The position numbers were made by a program, and so were the translations under genes. Under the pieces are notes generated by a model, which was given only the letters and a program-made list of their open reading frames with translations, had not been told where the DNA came from and searched no databases. This document shows, piece after piece, positions 51,697 through 64,000 of a stretch of 64,000 nt of DNA. The stretch covers positions 21,886,001 through 21,950,000 of the forward strand of contig JBITNC010000001.1 of assembly GCA_050084985.1 (NCBI GenBank), written 5' to 3'. Origin of the DNA: Nageia nagi (lineage: Eukaryota; Plantae; Pinophyta). Each line of letters starts with the position of its first letter. The stretch's first letter is position 1.

Positions 51697-53623
51697 TACC
51701 TTTCCTCCAAATTGTTCAAATTTCCTTCAAAATTATCATTCATTTATTCAAATAAATATGTTCAATATGTATATCATCATAACCCACATGGAATTCATAT
51801 GTGAATCCATATCTAATATATCTTGATTATATGTATATGAGACCATATGTGAATCCATGAATTTATATCTAGGTAATTACACTATATCTTAGATAATGCT
51901 CATCATACTCCAAAAATGTTTAAACTAAGTTATAGATTTTTTGAAAAGTTCTCACCTATTTAACTTAATCCTTTAGTTTTATTCACTTCAACCATAAGTT
52001 TAGCTCACCTACATGTTTTCAACTTCTAAGTTTTAAAATTTCAACACTATTAAACTAGAAGTTTACTCATATTTTTATCATATGCTTAAACACAAATTAC
52101 ATAAAGGCCACTTTCTTGATGTGATCATATGTGATATTATCATGCTAAAAAGTGGATGGTCAATGTATTTTTTATCAATGAAATGGGTTAAGCATTATCT
52201 AATATAAATCTGCATTTGATATTTCTTAGGCCTTATTAAATGAAAACTTCCAATTCAAAATTGTTTATAACTTGTTGAAGGAAGTGTTTCCATTTATATT
52301 CCATGTCTTGTAAAATAACTCATCTTCCAACTTGATAATATATATCAAATTTTATACAACAATACTATTCATGTCATATGCTTTCTATTCAACTTGATAA
52401 CATATATCAATACTATTTATGGCATAAATTTTGAAAATTCTAGTTGATATGGAATCTAATATGGATATCCTCTCCATTGATTTCTTGCAAAATTTTCCAC
52501 ATATGCTTATTAATATTAAGATAAAGGGGTTTGAAAATATGGAAAAATATTGTAATATACTAATACTATTATTAATTGAATTAGTTTCTAAGTCTAATCC
52601 AATGTAGCGTTATGTGTTTCCTAGATATTTCCCATACAATTTATTTCTTAGGAGACCATGGATCCATTGTTTGAAGGATATTCCTTCAACCCTTCATATA
52701 TGTTAAGTTTGATAAGGTAGAAAAGATTATCATAGTTAGCCTTGATGATAGTACTTTTGACTTTGTAAATTTTATTTAAGTTTTCATCATGTCCTACAAA
52801 GATACTAAGTTTGAATAATAATAGTTATAATCATAATTTATAAGAGAAGTAAGTTTGACATTGTATGTTAATAAAAAATCCAATAAAAGTACAAGTACTG
52901 ATGTTTACATTAACTTTTCCTTAAAATGAAATGGAAGAGAATATTTAATTTTATATCAAAACCTTGTTATTTATTTCTATGAAGTTATATTTTGTTTTCA
53001 TTATTCCTAAGTTAGTTTTCAAAGTTACCTCCTGTATTCAAGTTAGTTTTTTAGTAATCTTTTTCATTATTAACATATAACCAAATTATTGTTTAGTAAT
53101 CTTTTCCATATTTATCATTATTTAATTATTATTTATAAATTTTTATTTAGTAATCTTCTCCATCTTTGCCATCTAATCCAATTCTCGTCAATTATAACAA
53201 TTGTAAACTTGAATATTATCTAAAAATTATTAATCCTATGATTATAATTTTGTAAAGGGATAAAGATTGTATATAGAGGGAAGGGGAAGGGATATGAAGA
53301 GGAAATGAAGGGGAGGGGAAGAGGAGATGAAAATCCATAACAACATCATAATCATTGTGTGAAAATACATAACAACATCATAATTATTATGTGAAAAAAA
53401 ACATAACAACATGTCCAAAGTCCATAGTCAATGTAATAATAGCATAGTCCATCATAATAATGCTTATAAAGTTCATAGTCCATGTAATAATAGCATAGTC
53501 CATAACAATGTCCAAAGTCCACAATAATGTCCAAAGTCCATATACATATATCATGATCTAAAAATAACATACAAAAAATATGTACATAATCAATCCTAGA
53601 TCTATCTATCTAAGATTGTATGT

Positions 53624-55401
53624 GAGGGATTTTGCTCGGATTGCAAAAAAATTGATCACAAAATGGTTTCCAAAATAGGAAATAGCTACCCTACTATACC
53701 TGGTGGTAGCTAATATAGTTTGCAAAAAACAAGTAACAAAATAAGTTCAAATGCTAGCGAACTATAACTTGTTGGTAGCCCTAATGCAACCTAATTTGCA
53801 AATTATATTAATATAAAATCATTAAATTGTATTCAAAATACATTTAAATTACAATTGGGATGCAACCCAACTATCTCTTTATTGTTGAATATTCTAATCA
53901 ATAAATCCTTTGTTCATTCCAAAGATGGGATGAAATTTGTTGATCATACGTAGAGTTGATTGCTTTCCATTCTTTATATCCTATTAAGTGAGTTTCTCTC
54001 TAGTCTCTCCTTGGGATGGTCTCCCCACATGTATTTGTTCAATATTTGCTATTTTTCTAAAGTTCAGTATATTTCTTTATGGGATTCTATCTTGGCCTTC
54101 TTCTTATTGTATTGTTATTGCTTTACTATCTTTATTCCTAGCTTTTTTTGTCACCCTTCTAATTCTTTCTCCATTTTCCCCTTCCACAACTTCCATTTGT
54201 TATCGCATCTTTTAAAAAATTTGAATTGTAATTGCTTTCTCCTCAGTCTATTCCTTCTAAAATTGATAACACTATATAGGGGTTTGTTATGGTTTATTTC
54301 ATCCATTAGACTTCTTTTGAAGTTGATTATTTTTTTAATGTGGTTTGTTTTATCTGCATTTCAAAGTTATTCTTCTAATTTTTTCCTATTTTTCATTTTT
54401 TTATTGACTTCCACCCTTTCTCTTCTGTTTATCTTGAGACTCCTTTTCATTCTTTTCTTTTTCTCTGCTTTCTTCATCTCTCCTCTTCTTTTATGGAAAA
54501 TCCTTTGGATAATGCTCATAACTATTACAAATTCCACATTGTACTGGTAGATTTTTATATACAATTGGTTGCATCCATTCTCTTCCATATTCTATTTTTA
54601 ATTTTATCTCATTCATCATAGGTTTGGACATATCTAAATTAACCATGAATATTGCACTTATAAACTTAAGTTTTAATCTTGTTGATCTCCCAATTGTACA
54701 AGGGATCCAATTGCTTTTGTAATTCTGGCTATTATGCATAGGTGCTAACAAGATGGGTGAAGTCCAAGTAGTAAGACCCATATTGGAATGAGGTTGAAAT
54801 TTTTACTTTCAAGGGAGAAATTTTTCTTCCATCTCTTGATGACTAATCATTTCTTCCTGAGGAATCATGGACCCATCTCTATCACTTTTTTCAAGTTTTT
54901 ATCTAATTAGAATTTGAATAATAGAAATTATTTTGGGAGAGTAGCTAGGGATACACATCCTTTTGTACTCCATCTTAAATTGATCCAACTTTTAATCATA
55001 TCTAGAGGGGGTTGTACCCCAACAAAGTGACCAACAAGGGTTGACTTTAGCCCATCCTCCTTCTCTATTATACTTTTCAGAATTAATATGATAACCTCAT
55101 CATTAGAGAATTCAAGCTCCAACACCATCCTGATTGCTTCCTCTATGAATGGTTTTTCTTGGATCAACATGATTTTCCATTCCTTGTGGGGCTTTGCATC
55201 AGGTTGTAATTTTGATTTATTCATTGCATTTCAAATATCATTCGATATTATTTCAGTAAGATTACAACTTTGCTAAGCTGTAATTTTCTTAATAATAGCT
55301 TGTGGTACTTCTAAAATAATTAGCTCATGCTTCTATTACTCTATGCTCGTATTTTTGTTATATCATGCTTGTGCTTCTGCTACATTTCCCTCATAAACCC
55401 T
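53624..55401 (-). mobile_element. Duplicated copy of the ORF1-only LINE derivative, 3' tail removed by the duplication breakpoint
   Basis: Matches 40684-42443 and gives the same ORF1 peptides in the ORF track. Confidence 0.85.
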
Positions 55402-58329
55402 TACATATAATAATAATTAATAGATATACTTATACATAGAATAAAAATAATAATAACAATAAGTAATACAAAAATTATAATCCTTAATGTAACAACTACT
55501 AACATATAAGCCCATTTTAATATTGCTCATCCATTATGCTAATGCATCACCATGTTACCCATTTTACACCTTCATTTTCTTTTTTACCAAATTAGTCTTT
55601 ATTTTTGGCACACACCAATCCTGATACCTTAGCCACTACACTAGTAGGTGTTAATGTTGATAAATTAGTTATTACTCTAGTAGATTTGAATCTCTTATCT
55701 TGTAAATCATTTTCATTATCTTCATTATCTCTCATCGTATCAACATTTAAGGGGGGATGTACATTTTATCCCTCAACATATTGTATCAATTAAAGAATTT
55801 TCAACCATGAAAGATGTATGGCCTAAGACTTTTGTAAAAGATTATCATCAATCCATATTTACCAAGGTAAAAATAGAATTACCCAAATGAAAACAAGTCC
55901 ACCTTGAGAAGAATCCAAAGTTGTACACATGCTTAGTGGCATAGATAAAGTAAGATCATGATCGAATAAGATTTGTTAACCAATCATGTCAATTCAAGAT
56001 GTCCTCAAGTTATACTCTAGATGCAATTTGATGTAAACATCAAAAGTTTTAACTTGGTTACAACTAGGGCAATTGCAATTGCCCATAACCTAAAATAAGT
56101 TAATAATCTTCCCTCAAAAAAGTTGTGAGCACCTTCTTTGTCATCACCACTAACTAATGTCTAGTTGTTTTTGAAGTATTTTCCATCCTATGATGGTAAA
56201 TAGTCCAAAAAGGGGCAAAATATAGACATCCAAAATTAGTACCTTTGCACCATATGCATGGGTGTAAACACATTCATCACCATCATAAATCCCAATGTAA
56301 TTAACCCTAAAATCTAATAATTTTCATGGATCAGTACAAGAAATTGGGTCCATTTTATGGCCAAAAGGTAGAATTCTTTTCATTATTTTCAGGTTTGATC
56401 ACATTGATCTAAAAATTTGAAGCACTTAGACATGGAATCTTGAATAAGGTCAATAGCGTAAAATTGTAGTGCTTTGAGTCTAGTTTTCAAATATATAATC
56501 TATTCCAATACCTAGATGATAAATATTTATTTTTATAGGTATGAATAAAAATGACTATTTAAAAAATACTATTTTAGGAACCATACCATGCATGTATTTG
56601 TCACACGTATTTTGATATAAATCAAACTATTTTTTTAAATTCTTTTGGGAAAATGATACCTAACACAATGAAGCTTGTCTTGGATATTTTTTCATGAATA
56701 TTATAATTTTTATTAATTTTTTATGGATCATAATTATGGTTTTGAAAAATGCATGTGTCCGTCATGCATAATTTGACCTAAAGTCATCATTTTTCCAAAA
56801 AATTTTAAAAATTTTGTAGAGAATTATCTAAAGGTTGTCTCCATGTATTTTTTTTTCAAAATTCATAAAAAATAAAAAATTACTAAAAAATTAAAATTTA
56901 TTTTTAAAATTTTCCAAGTTATAAAACTTCATCTTTAAGTAGACCCAACTTCTTACTTCCAACCTCATCTAAAAACTAGATATCATTTATCCACTAACAA
57001 ATGATATTAAAATGAACATTATTTAAATCATATTTAACAAATAACTCTTCAATATGACTTCTAAATGACATAATAAATGCATTAATATATAGAGCTCATC
57101 GAGTATATTATGAAAATCAACTAGTCACATGCCCCTTTTCAAACAATTCTACACCATTTAACAAAAGTGATAATCCTAGACCCTACTTGCGGGTGACCCA
57201 ATCCAATTGTGAGCAACTCAATCCAGTCGTGGGCAACTGTAATCTCAGAAAACTGCGATCATAGGCGATTCAATCCAATTGCGGGTGATCGAACCTGATC
57301 GTAGGTGACTCTAAACTTGCCAAAATAAAAATTTCTACGGATTGACAACCCCTATTCCAGGGATGATTTGGAGCCAATTTCAGCTGACAAAATTGAACAA
57401 CTAAAATGGCAACTCACCATCTCATCCACCAGGCCCTAAATCTATTTGAAAGAGACTAGTTGATTTTTGCATCAACACTTGTTTAATACTTACATGTCTG
57501 AATGCCTGCCTATCTAAGTATATTTTAACCTTTTGGGTCAAAATATATATGTAAAAGAAACTCAGTTCATCCTATTTTAGAGACATTTAGAGGTTTCAGA
57601 GAACTCTAGAAGCGTAGGTAATTGGACTTTCCCTCGTGTACCGATAGGCAGCATTTACTTTGTCACACTATGAGTATAAAAGAGGGGTTCGCTTCTATGG
57701 TTGAGGCTCTTCAATAGCAATCAAACCCTTTCAATAAAATAATGGTATCATAATGCCCATAAGAAGTCAATGATGAAATGATCGATATAAGAGATCAAAT
57801 GGAATACAAGTTATGATTTTAGTATGATAAGAAGTCAATGATGAAATGATCAAAATATTAAATTTTTATAACATAATATATATGAAATTAAAGTGTCATG
57901 TATGAAGTCAAATACTAATGATAACAATGAAAGGGTAAAATTCTTTGAATGTGCATCAAACAAGTGTAATTCTTTTCTGTATTAACCCACCAAATCAATA
58001 TATCTCAAATATTTGATTTTCTTTAATTTTGACAAGAAAATAATATTATAAAAATTATGTAATCATTGTGATAATTTTTAAAAATAATTATTTAAAATTG
58101 AAAACATTTATAAGTAATTAGATATTATAGAGTGATAAATTTAAAATCATAAATGATAAAATTTAAAATAAAAAATAAGATAACAACGCTGATAGTTTAA
58201 AATGATTTAAATATTTAAGATAAATAAATAATTACAATAAATATAACATGTATACCTAGTAGTGAAAATCCAACATAGAACAGGATCAACTCATCACAAT
58301 TCAACCAAAAATCTAAACGATAATCTGAA

Positions 58330-58429
58330 NNNNNNNNNNNNNNNNNNNNNNNNNNNNNNNNNNNNNNNNNNNNNNNNNNNNNNNNNNNNNNNNNNNNNNN
58401 NNNNNNNNNNNNNNNNNNNNNNNNNNNNN
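58330..58429. other. Assembly gap (100 N)
   Basis: Run of N. Confidence 1.
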
Positions 58430-58437
58430 TTCCCTTA

Positions 58438-58508
58438 GCTATCTTCACTTAATTGGTAGAGCACAAGACTTTTCACTATAGTTATGGGTTTGATTCCCAT
58501 AGATGCTA
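58438..58508 (+). pseudogene. tRNA-Lys(TTT) pseudogene, duplicate with a 2-bp deletion
   Basis: Copy of 51624-51696. Confidence 0.75.
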
Positions 58509-60213
58509 CACCTTTCCTCCAAATTATTCAAATTTCCTTCAAAATTATCATTCATTTATTCAAATAAATATGTTCAATATGTATATCATCATAACCCACA
58601 TGGAATTCATATGTGAATCCATATATAATATATCTTGATTATATGTATATGAGACCATATGTGAATCCATGAATTTATATCTAGGTAATTACACTATATC
58701 TTAGATAATGCTCATCATACTCCAAAAATGTTTAAACTAAGTTATAGATTTTTTGAAAAGTTTCTCACCTATTTAACTTAATCCTTTAGTTTTATTCACT
58801 TCAACCATAAGTTTAGCTCACCTACATGTTTTCAACTTCTAAGTTTTAAAATTTCAACACTATTAAACTAGAAGTTTACTCATATTTTTATCATATGTTT
58901 AAACACAAATTACATAAAGGCCACTTTCTTGATGTGATTGTATGTGATATTATTATGCTAAAAAGTGGATGGTCAATGTATTTTTTATCAATGAAATGGT
59001 TAAGCATTATCTAATATAAATCTGCATTTGATATTTCTTAGGCCTTATTAAATGAAAACTTCCAATTCAAAATTGTTTATAACTTGTTGAAGGAAGTGTT
59101 TCCATTTTCATTCCATGTCTTGTAAAATAACTCATCTTCCAACTTGATAATATATATATAATTTTATAAACCAATAGTATTCATTTCATATGCTTTCTAT
59201 TCAACTTGATAACATATATCAATACTATTTATGGCATACATTTTGAAAATTCTGGTTGATATGGGATCTAATATGGATATCCTCTCCATTGATTTCTTGC
59301 AAAATTTTCCACATCTCTTATTAATATTAAGATAAAGGGGTTTGAAAATATGGAAAAATATTGTAATATACTAATACTATTATTAATTGAATTAGTTTCT
59401 AAGTCTAATCCAATGTAGTGTTATGGTGTTTCCTAGATATTTCCCATACAATTTATTTCTTAGGAGACCATGGATCCATTGATTTAAAGGATATTCCTTC
59501 AACCCTTCATATATGTTAAGTTTGATAAGGTAGGAAAGATTATCATAGTTAGCCTTGATGATAGTACTTTTGACTTTGTAAATTTTATTTAAGGTTTCAT
59601 CATTTCCTACGAAGATACTAAGTTTGAATAATATTAGTTATAATCATAATTTATAAGAGAAGTTTGACATTGTATGTTAATAAAAAATCCAATAAAAGTA
59701 AAAGTACTAATGTTTACATTAACTTTTCCTTAAAATGAAATGGAAGAGAATATTTAATTTTAATTCAAAAACTTTTTATTTATTTCTATGTAGTTATATT
59801 TTATTTTCATTATTCTTAAGTTAGTTTTCAAAGTTACCTCCTATATTCAAGTTTGTTTTTTAGTAATCTTTTTCATTATTAACATATAACCAAATTATTG
59901 TTTAGTAATCTTTGCCATATTTATCATTATTTAATTATTATTTATAAATTTTTATTTAGTAATCTTTTCCATCTTTGCCATCTAATCCAATTCTAGTCAA
60001 TTACAACAATTGTAAACTTGAATATTATCTAAAAATTATTAATCCTATGATTATAATTTTGTAAAGGGATAAATATTGTACATAGAGGGAAGGGGAAGGG
60101 GATATGAAGAGGAAATGAAGGGGAGGGGAAGAGGAGATGAAAATACATAACAACATCATAATCATTGTGTGAAAATACATAACAACATCATAATTATTAT
60201 GTGAAAAAAAAAC

Positions 60214-60377
60214 ATAACTAGCTTTGATATAACCCCTTATATATCAAAAAATGCCGAGAGATATCATTTCGAGGTGCCTATCTCATTTCTTGGTATTGCT
60301 ATATCCAAGATAGGCACCTCGAAATGATATCTCTCAGCATTTTTTGATATATAAGGGGTTATATCAAAGCTAGTTAT
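60214..60377. repeat. 70-bp-arm inverted repeat (1 mismatch, 24-nt loop)
   Basis: 60214-60283 is the reverse complement of 60308-60377. Confidence 0.95.
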
Positions 60378-61224
60378 ACCTATAATATTTTTTTCTTATA
60401 CCATAAAATTATAATATTATGATAGAACGCATACACAACAGTTTTCAGTAAGAGGTTTACCGAGCCCAGCAAAAAACTATTAATAATGTGGATTCACTAC
60501 ATGTAATGACAACCATATAAAATAACATTATGGATGACTGTATTGACTCTGTTAAAGTATAAATATCAATCTACTTATTCAAATATCAAAGTAGAAGTGC
60601 ATTGGCACTGCATGGTGGAGATGCATGGCAAATTGAAAACCACGAAATGTGATGGAAATAATATAAACTAAATTAATTTGGTATAATGGGGATTTTATGA
60701 TCTTGTGTTGATTTTATTGAATAACTTTCTAATGAAAAGAAGGCATCAACAATGAATATGTTAGACCAAGACATGTAAATCTTTGTGAATTCAGAGCATT
60801 TTTTGATAAAGTTTTATGCGAACAGCAAGATAAGAAGCGCAAAAGAATTCAGAGTATAAATTGTATGTAAAATAAGAAATAAGAAATATTATAGTAAAAA
60901 TATATTTACAATAGCAGAGAATTAACTTACAATAAAATTAAAGTTCTCTTCTATTTTTACAATCTTTTGTTCCAATTTTGCTTGTTCGAATTCACTGCAT
61001 CTCTCAATTGATTTGGGAATGAATTTTTATGATGTTTGATATTCTTCCTTCCATTTATATAATAATTTTTGAAAATATGTGTCTTTTAATTTTTCAGTTG
61101 GCTATATAATTTTAATTTTAAAAAAATTATTTTCCCGCCAATTGTTTAACGGACGGACTCACATGCGACATTTTGCTCCCCCACTCCACCCCCCATATTG
61201 CAGCTGTAGAAACGCCTCTCGACG
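60219..61224. other. ~1-kb insertion specific to duplication copy 2
   Basis: Empty site ACATAACAACATGTCC at 53401-53416. TAAC is present at both junctions. Confidence 0.88.
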
Positions 61225-63007
61225 TAACAACATGTCCAAAGTCCATAGTCAATGTAATAATAGCATAGTCCAACATAATAATGCTTATAATTTCCATAGT
61301 CCATGTAATAATAGCATAGTCCATAACAATGTCCAAAGTCCACAATAATGTCCAAAGTCCATATACATATATCATGATCTAAAAATAACATACAAAAAAT
61401 ATGTACATAATCAATCCTAGATCTATCTATCTAAGACTAGATGTGTCTCCATCATTGATCGTCTTCTTTTTTTCAAGTGATGCAGATGCCCCATGCTGCA
61501 TAATAGAAAAAAACTTAACTTAGTGTATATTATCAAAGTCATATTTATAATGCCTTCTAGTCGATCGAATGTGGTAATATTAGGATGGACATCTACCTAT
61601 AAGAGCAATTGTTTTAGCATACACATGTACACATTCAAATGTGAATAATATCTAATAAAATTAACATGGAAATTTTTAAACTTAGTATATTTATTTACCT
61701 CATAAGGTGTGCCACTAGATCTAGAAATCAATGTCATATAAGCTTTATGAGATGCACCTAAAGTGGAGGCTCCCATCATACAGGATAAAAAAAATATAAA
61801 GGTATTTAAAATTTAAATTAGATGTATATATAATTCTTATTAAATTAGAAATACACATGTACATTAAGCACACTAAAAATATGGCAAATATACATGTCTA
61901 CTAGTAAGATCAACATCATCTATTGACATCATCTTCATATAACATAACCCATAATCAACTGAAGGGGGGACAACATATATACGACCACAACTCTAGAAAA
62001 ATGAGAAGCAACTCCTCTAACTCTTGCATCATATCTATGCTCACTAATATTAGCTACCACATGGGTAGCTTGTTTAATGAGAGTCTAGATGACCTAACTC
62101 AATGCTCCTAATGCTGAAACCACTACCTAATTGAAAGTAGGTGCAAGAATAAAATTTGGATTAGGAGGGGGGATGAGTGGTGCGGGATGCATAGGTCAAC
62201 CTAGATTAGCCCATTCTTATGGTCTATTTTTCCCTAAGCCATGACTAATTCCTTGATTATGTATCATGTAAAAATAATTAATCAATATGTTTTCCCAATA
62301 CATACTCAGCATATATTTTCTTCCAAAAATATAAAAGGACATCAAAATTAGAATGTGGTGGTTTATGAAACATAATACATCATTAATTCCAAAACATTTA
62401 AGCTATCATGCACGAATCATATAAGGAATTATTTCTTTATTATGTGGGATGGGTTGCCTAGTTGATGGATCAATAAAGGGTGGAGTAAGAGTGGCTTTAG
62501 TAATACCTAACTTGTTGACTTATCAAGTGGAGATAACATCTAAATAATGCTCTCTCATACAATCTCTCCATGACTCAAAATCATATATATCCCCATCAAC
62601 ATATATAATAGTATCAACTACAATTTGCATCTTTGATGCAAATTGTATAACATGGCTTGAGGAACTATGAATACTCTTGATGTGATCTACTTTTTTTCTT
62701 GTAATTCATTGATATTATGAGCAATATAATATCATAACTACTACTCATTTATATCAACAAGTGGGGGTGGAGGGGGTGAAGGTTCGACATGTGGATTGGG
62801 TAAATTTTGTAGGATGTATTGGTTCACATCATCCAATGTCTCATATATACCATAATAAAAGGCATTAGATGACTCATCCATGATAATAAAAAGGCACCTA
62901 CAAACATTAACAATTACATAGAAATAGAAATAAAATCAAAAAATTGAATAAAAATAAAACAAATTGCATTATTTATAAATTAGATAGAAATAGATAACTA
63001 GACAACT

Positions 63008-63009
63008 AT

Positions 63010-63045
<36 letters not shown>

Positions 63046-63058
63046 ATATATATATATT
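63008..63058. repeat. (TA)n microsatellite, interrupted
   Basis: Visible TA run. Confidence 0.95.
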
Positions 63059-64000
63059 ATTAAGAAGATGTATGGTATATATCCAATCTAAAGGACTATA
63101 ATTGGATCCAAAGATAGTTATTACACTAAAGTGAAAAGCAAAAATCTAGGAGTTGGAAGCATATATGCCTAACAATTATTTATTTAAGGAACAATATTTA
63201 AAAAAATTCTATCATGTAAATTACATTTATTTTTTCTAAATTTACATGATTTACATTATTAAACTAGAAGTTTATGCATATTAAATTTACATGATTTATA
63301 TCTTCACTTTGTATAAGGCTTAGATTTTTTATCCTTCATTTTTTATTCTTGCTCTCTCATTAAGGCTTTTGGTTGTTTAAGAAGATTGGATAGTTTAGTG
63401 TTTATGTTCAATCCAATTCTAACTAAACTTTTGTTTGTTTATGATCAATCCAATTGTAACTAGACATATCACTTAAATAGAAATGGAGTGAGATCAAACT
63501 TAGTGTGGATCTCTTAAAAAATATTAAGTTATGATGGTTAGGTACATATTCTAGATGAGAGAAGAATCAAGTTATTACCAAAGAATAAAAAGTATCTATG
63601 TTAGATAAAATGAGGTATCCAAGTATTATAGGCTATAAAATCATGTGGCATACAAAAATATTAGAGTATAGGTGTTATATTTAATAAATGGACCCTTTTC
63701 ACTTGATTCATTTACTTCTCACATTGATGGTGGTAAAAATATAGCTTATGAATTTTGAGAATATGAGCATGATGATCATGGTAACACTACTAATTTAATG
63801 AATTCTCAAGGATATAGCCAAAACATAGATACAAAACTACTTTGAGGGATCCTTAGTGTGAGTAGCTTAACTTATACTTGGTTGGAGGGAGAACACATAG
63901 ATAATTACAATAGGTAAAATTATACACTCATGGTTAAGGTTAAGAAATGAATGATCCTCATAATTTTAAAAAGTATTATGGAAAACTTGAGTGGGATGTA

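Larger units (their letters stand above)
40684..53615 (+). repeat. ~12.9-kb tandem segmental duplication, copy 1 (contains the intact UGT)
   Basis: 40684-45414 matches 53624-58329, and 51616-53615 matches 58430-61436, at high identity. Confidence 0.93.
53624..61436 (+). repeat. Tandem segmental duplication, copy 2 (interrupted by N gap and a 1-kb insertion)
   Basis: Colinear with copy 1 on both sides of the gap. Junction filler TTGTATGT at 53616-53623. Confidence 0.93.

Noticed and set aside
53960-54550. 196-aa hydrophobic ORF (and 41049-41666 equivalents) as a membrane protein
   Set aside because: It is the antisense shadow of the K/E-rich LINE ORF1 and is broken in the other duplicate.
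20350-61436. Multi-enzyme biosynthetic gene cluster
   Set aside because: Only UGT paralogs are present. No P450, synthase or acyltransferase genes were seen in the window.
61440-64000. Possible decayed DNA-transposon coding remnants (also 42640-43300 and 50460-51330)
   Set aside because: No recognisable motif or termini by eye, so left unannotated.

Overview
AT-rich, heavily CpG-depleted plant nuclear DNA. The TE families and degree of decay suggest a gymnosperm, but this is inference. The window is a TE-invaded tandem locus of family-1 UDP-glycosyltransferases (UGTs) with three copies. (1) One intact two-exon UGT (45545-47885, minus, 481 aa) with a TATA box and MYB AC-elements. (2) An older UGT pseudogene split at its catalytic QG|H motif by a 15-kb Athila-like retrotransposon and truncated by a LINE. 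(3) A probable third copy hidden in the 100-N gap inside a ~12.9-kb tandem duplication. The rest is nested retroelements. Notable ones are a very young Copia with an extra acidic ORF (SUMO-interacting-like motif) upstream of gag; a very young 2.6-kb Gag-only (TR-GAG-like) element with a stem-loop array before gag and an aberrant left junction (127-bp duplication, templated filler, fold-back); and an ORF1-only LINE derivative with poly(A) and a 17-bp TSD. There are also tRNA-Lys pseudogenes and a ~1-kb insertion headed by a 70-bp inverted repeat. All comparisons were made by eye.
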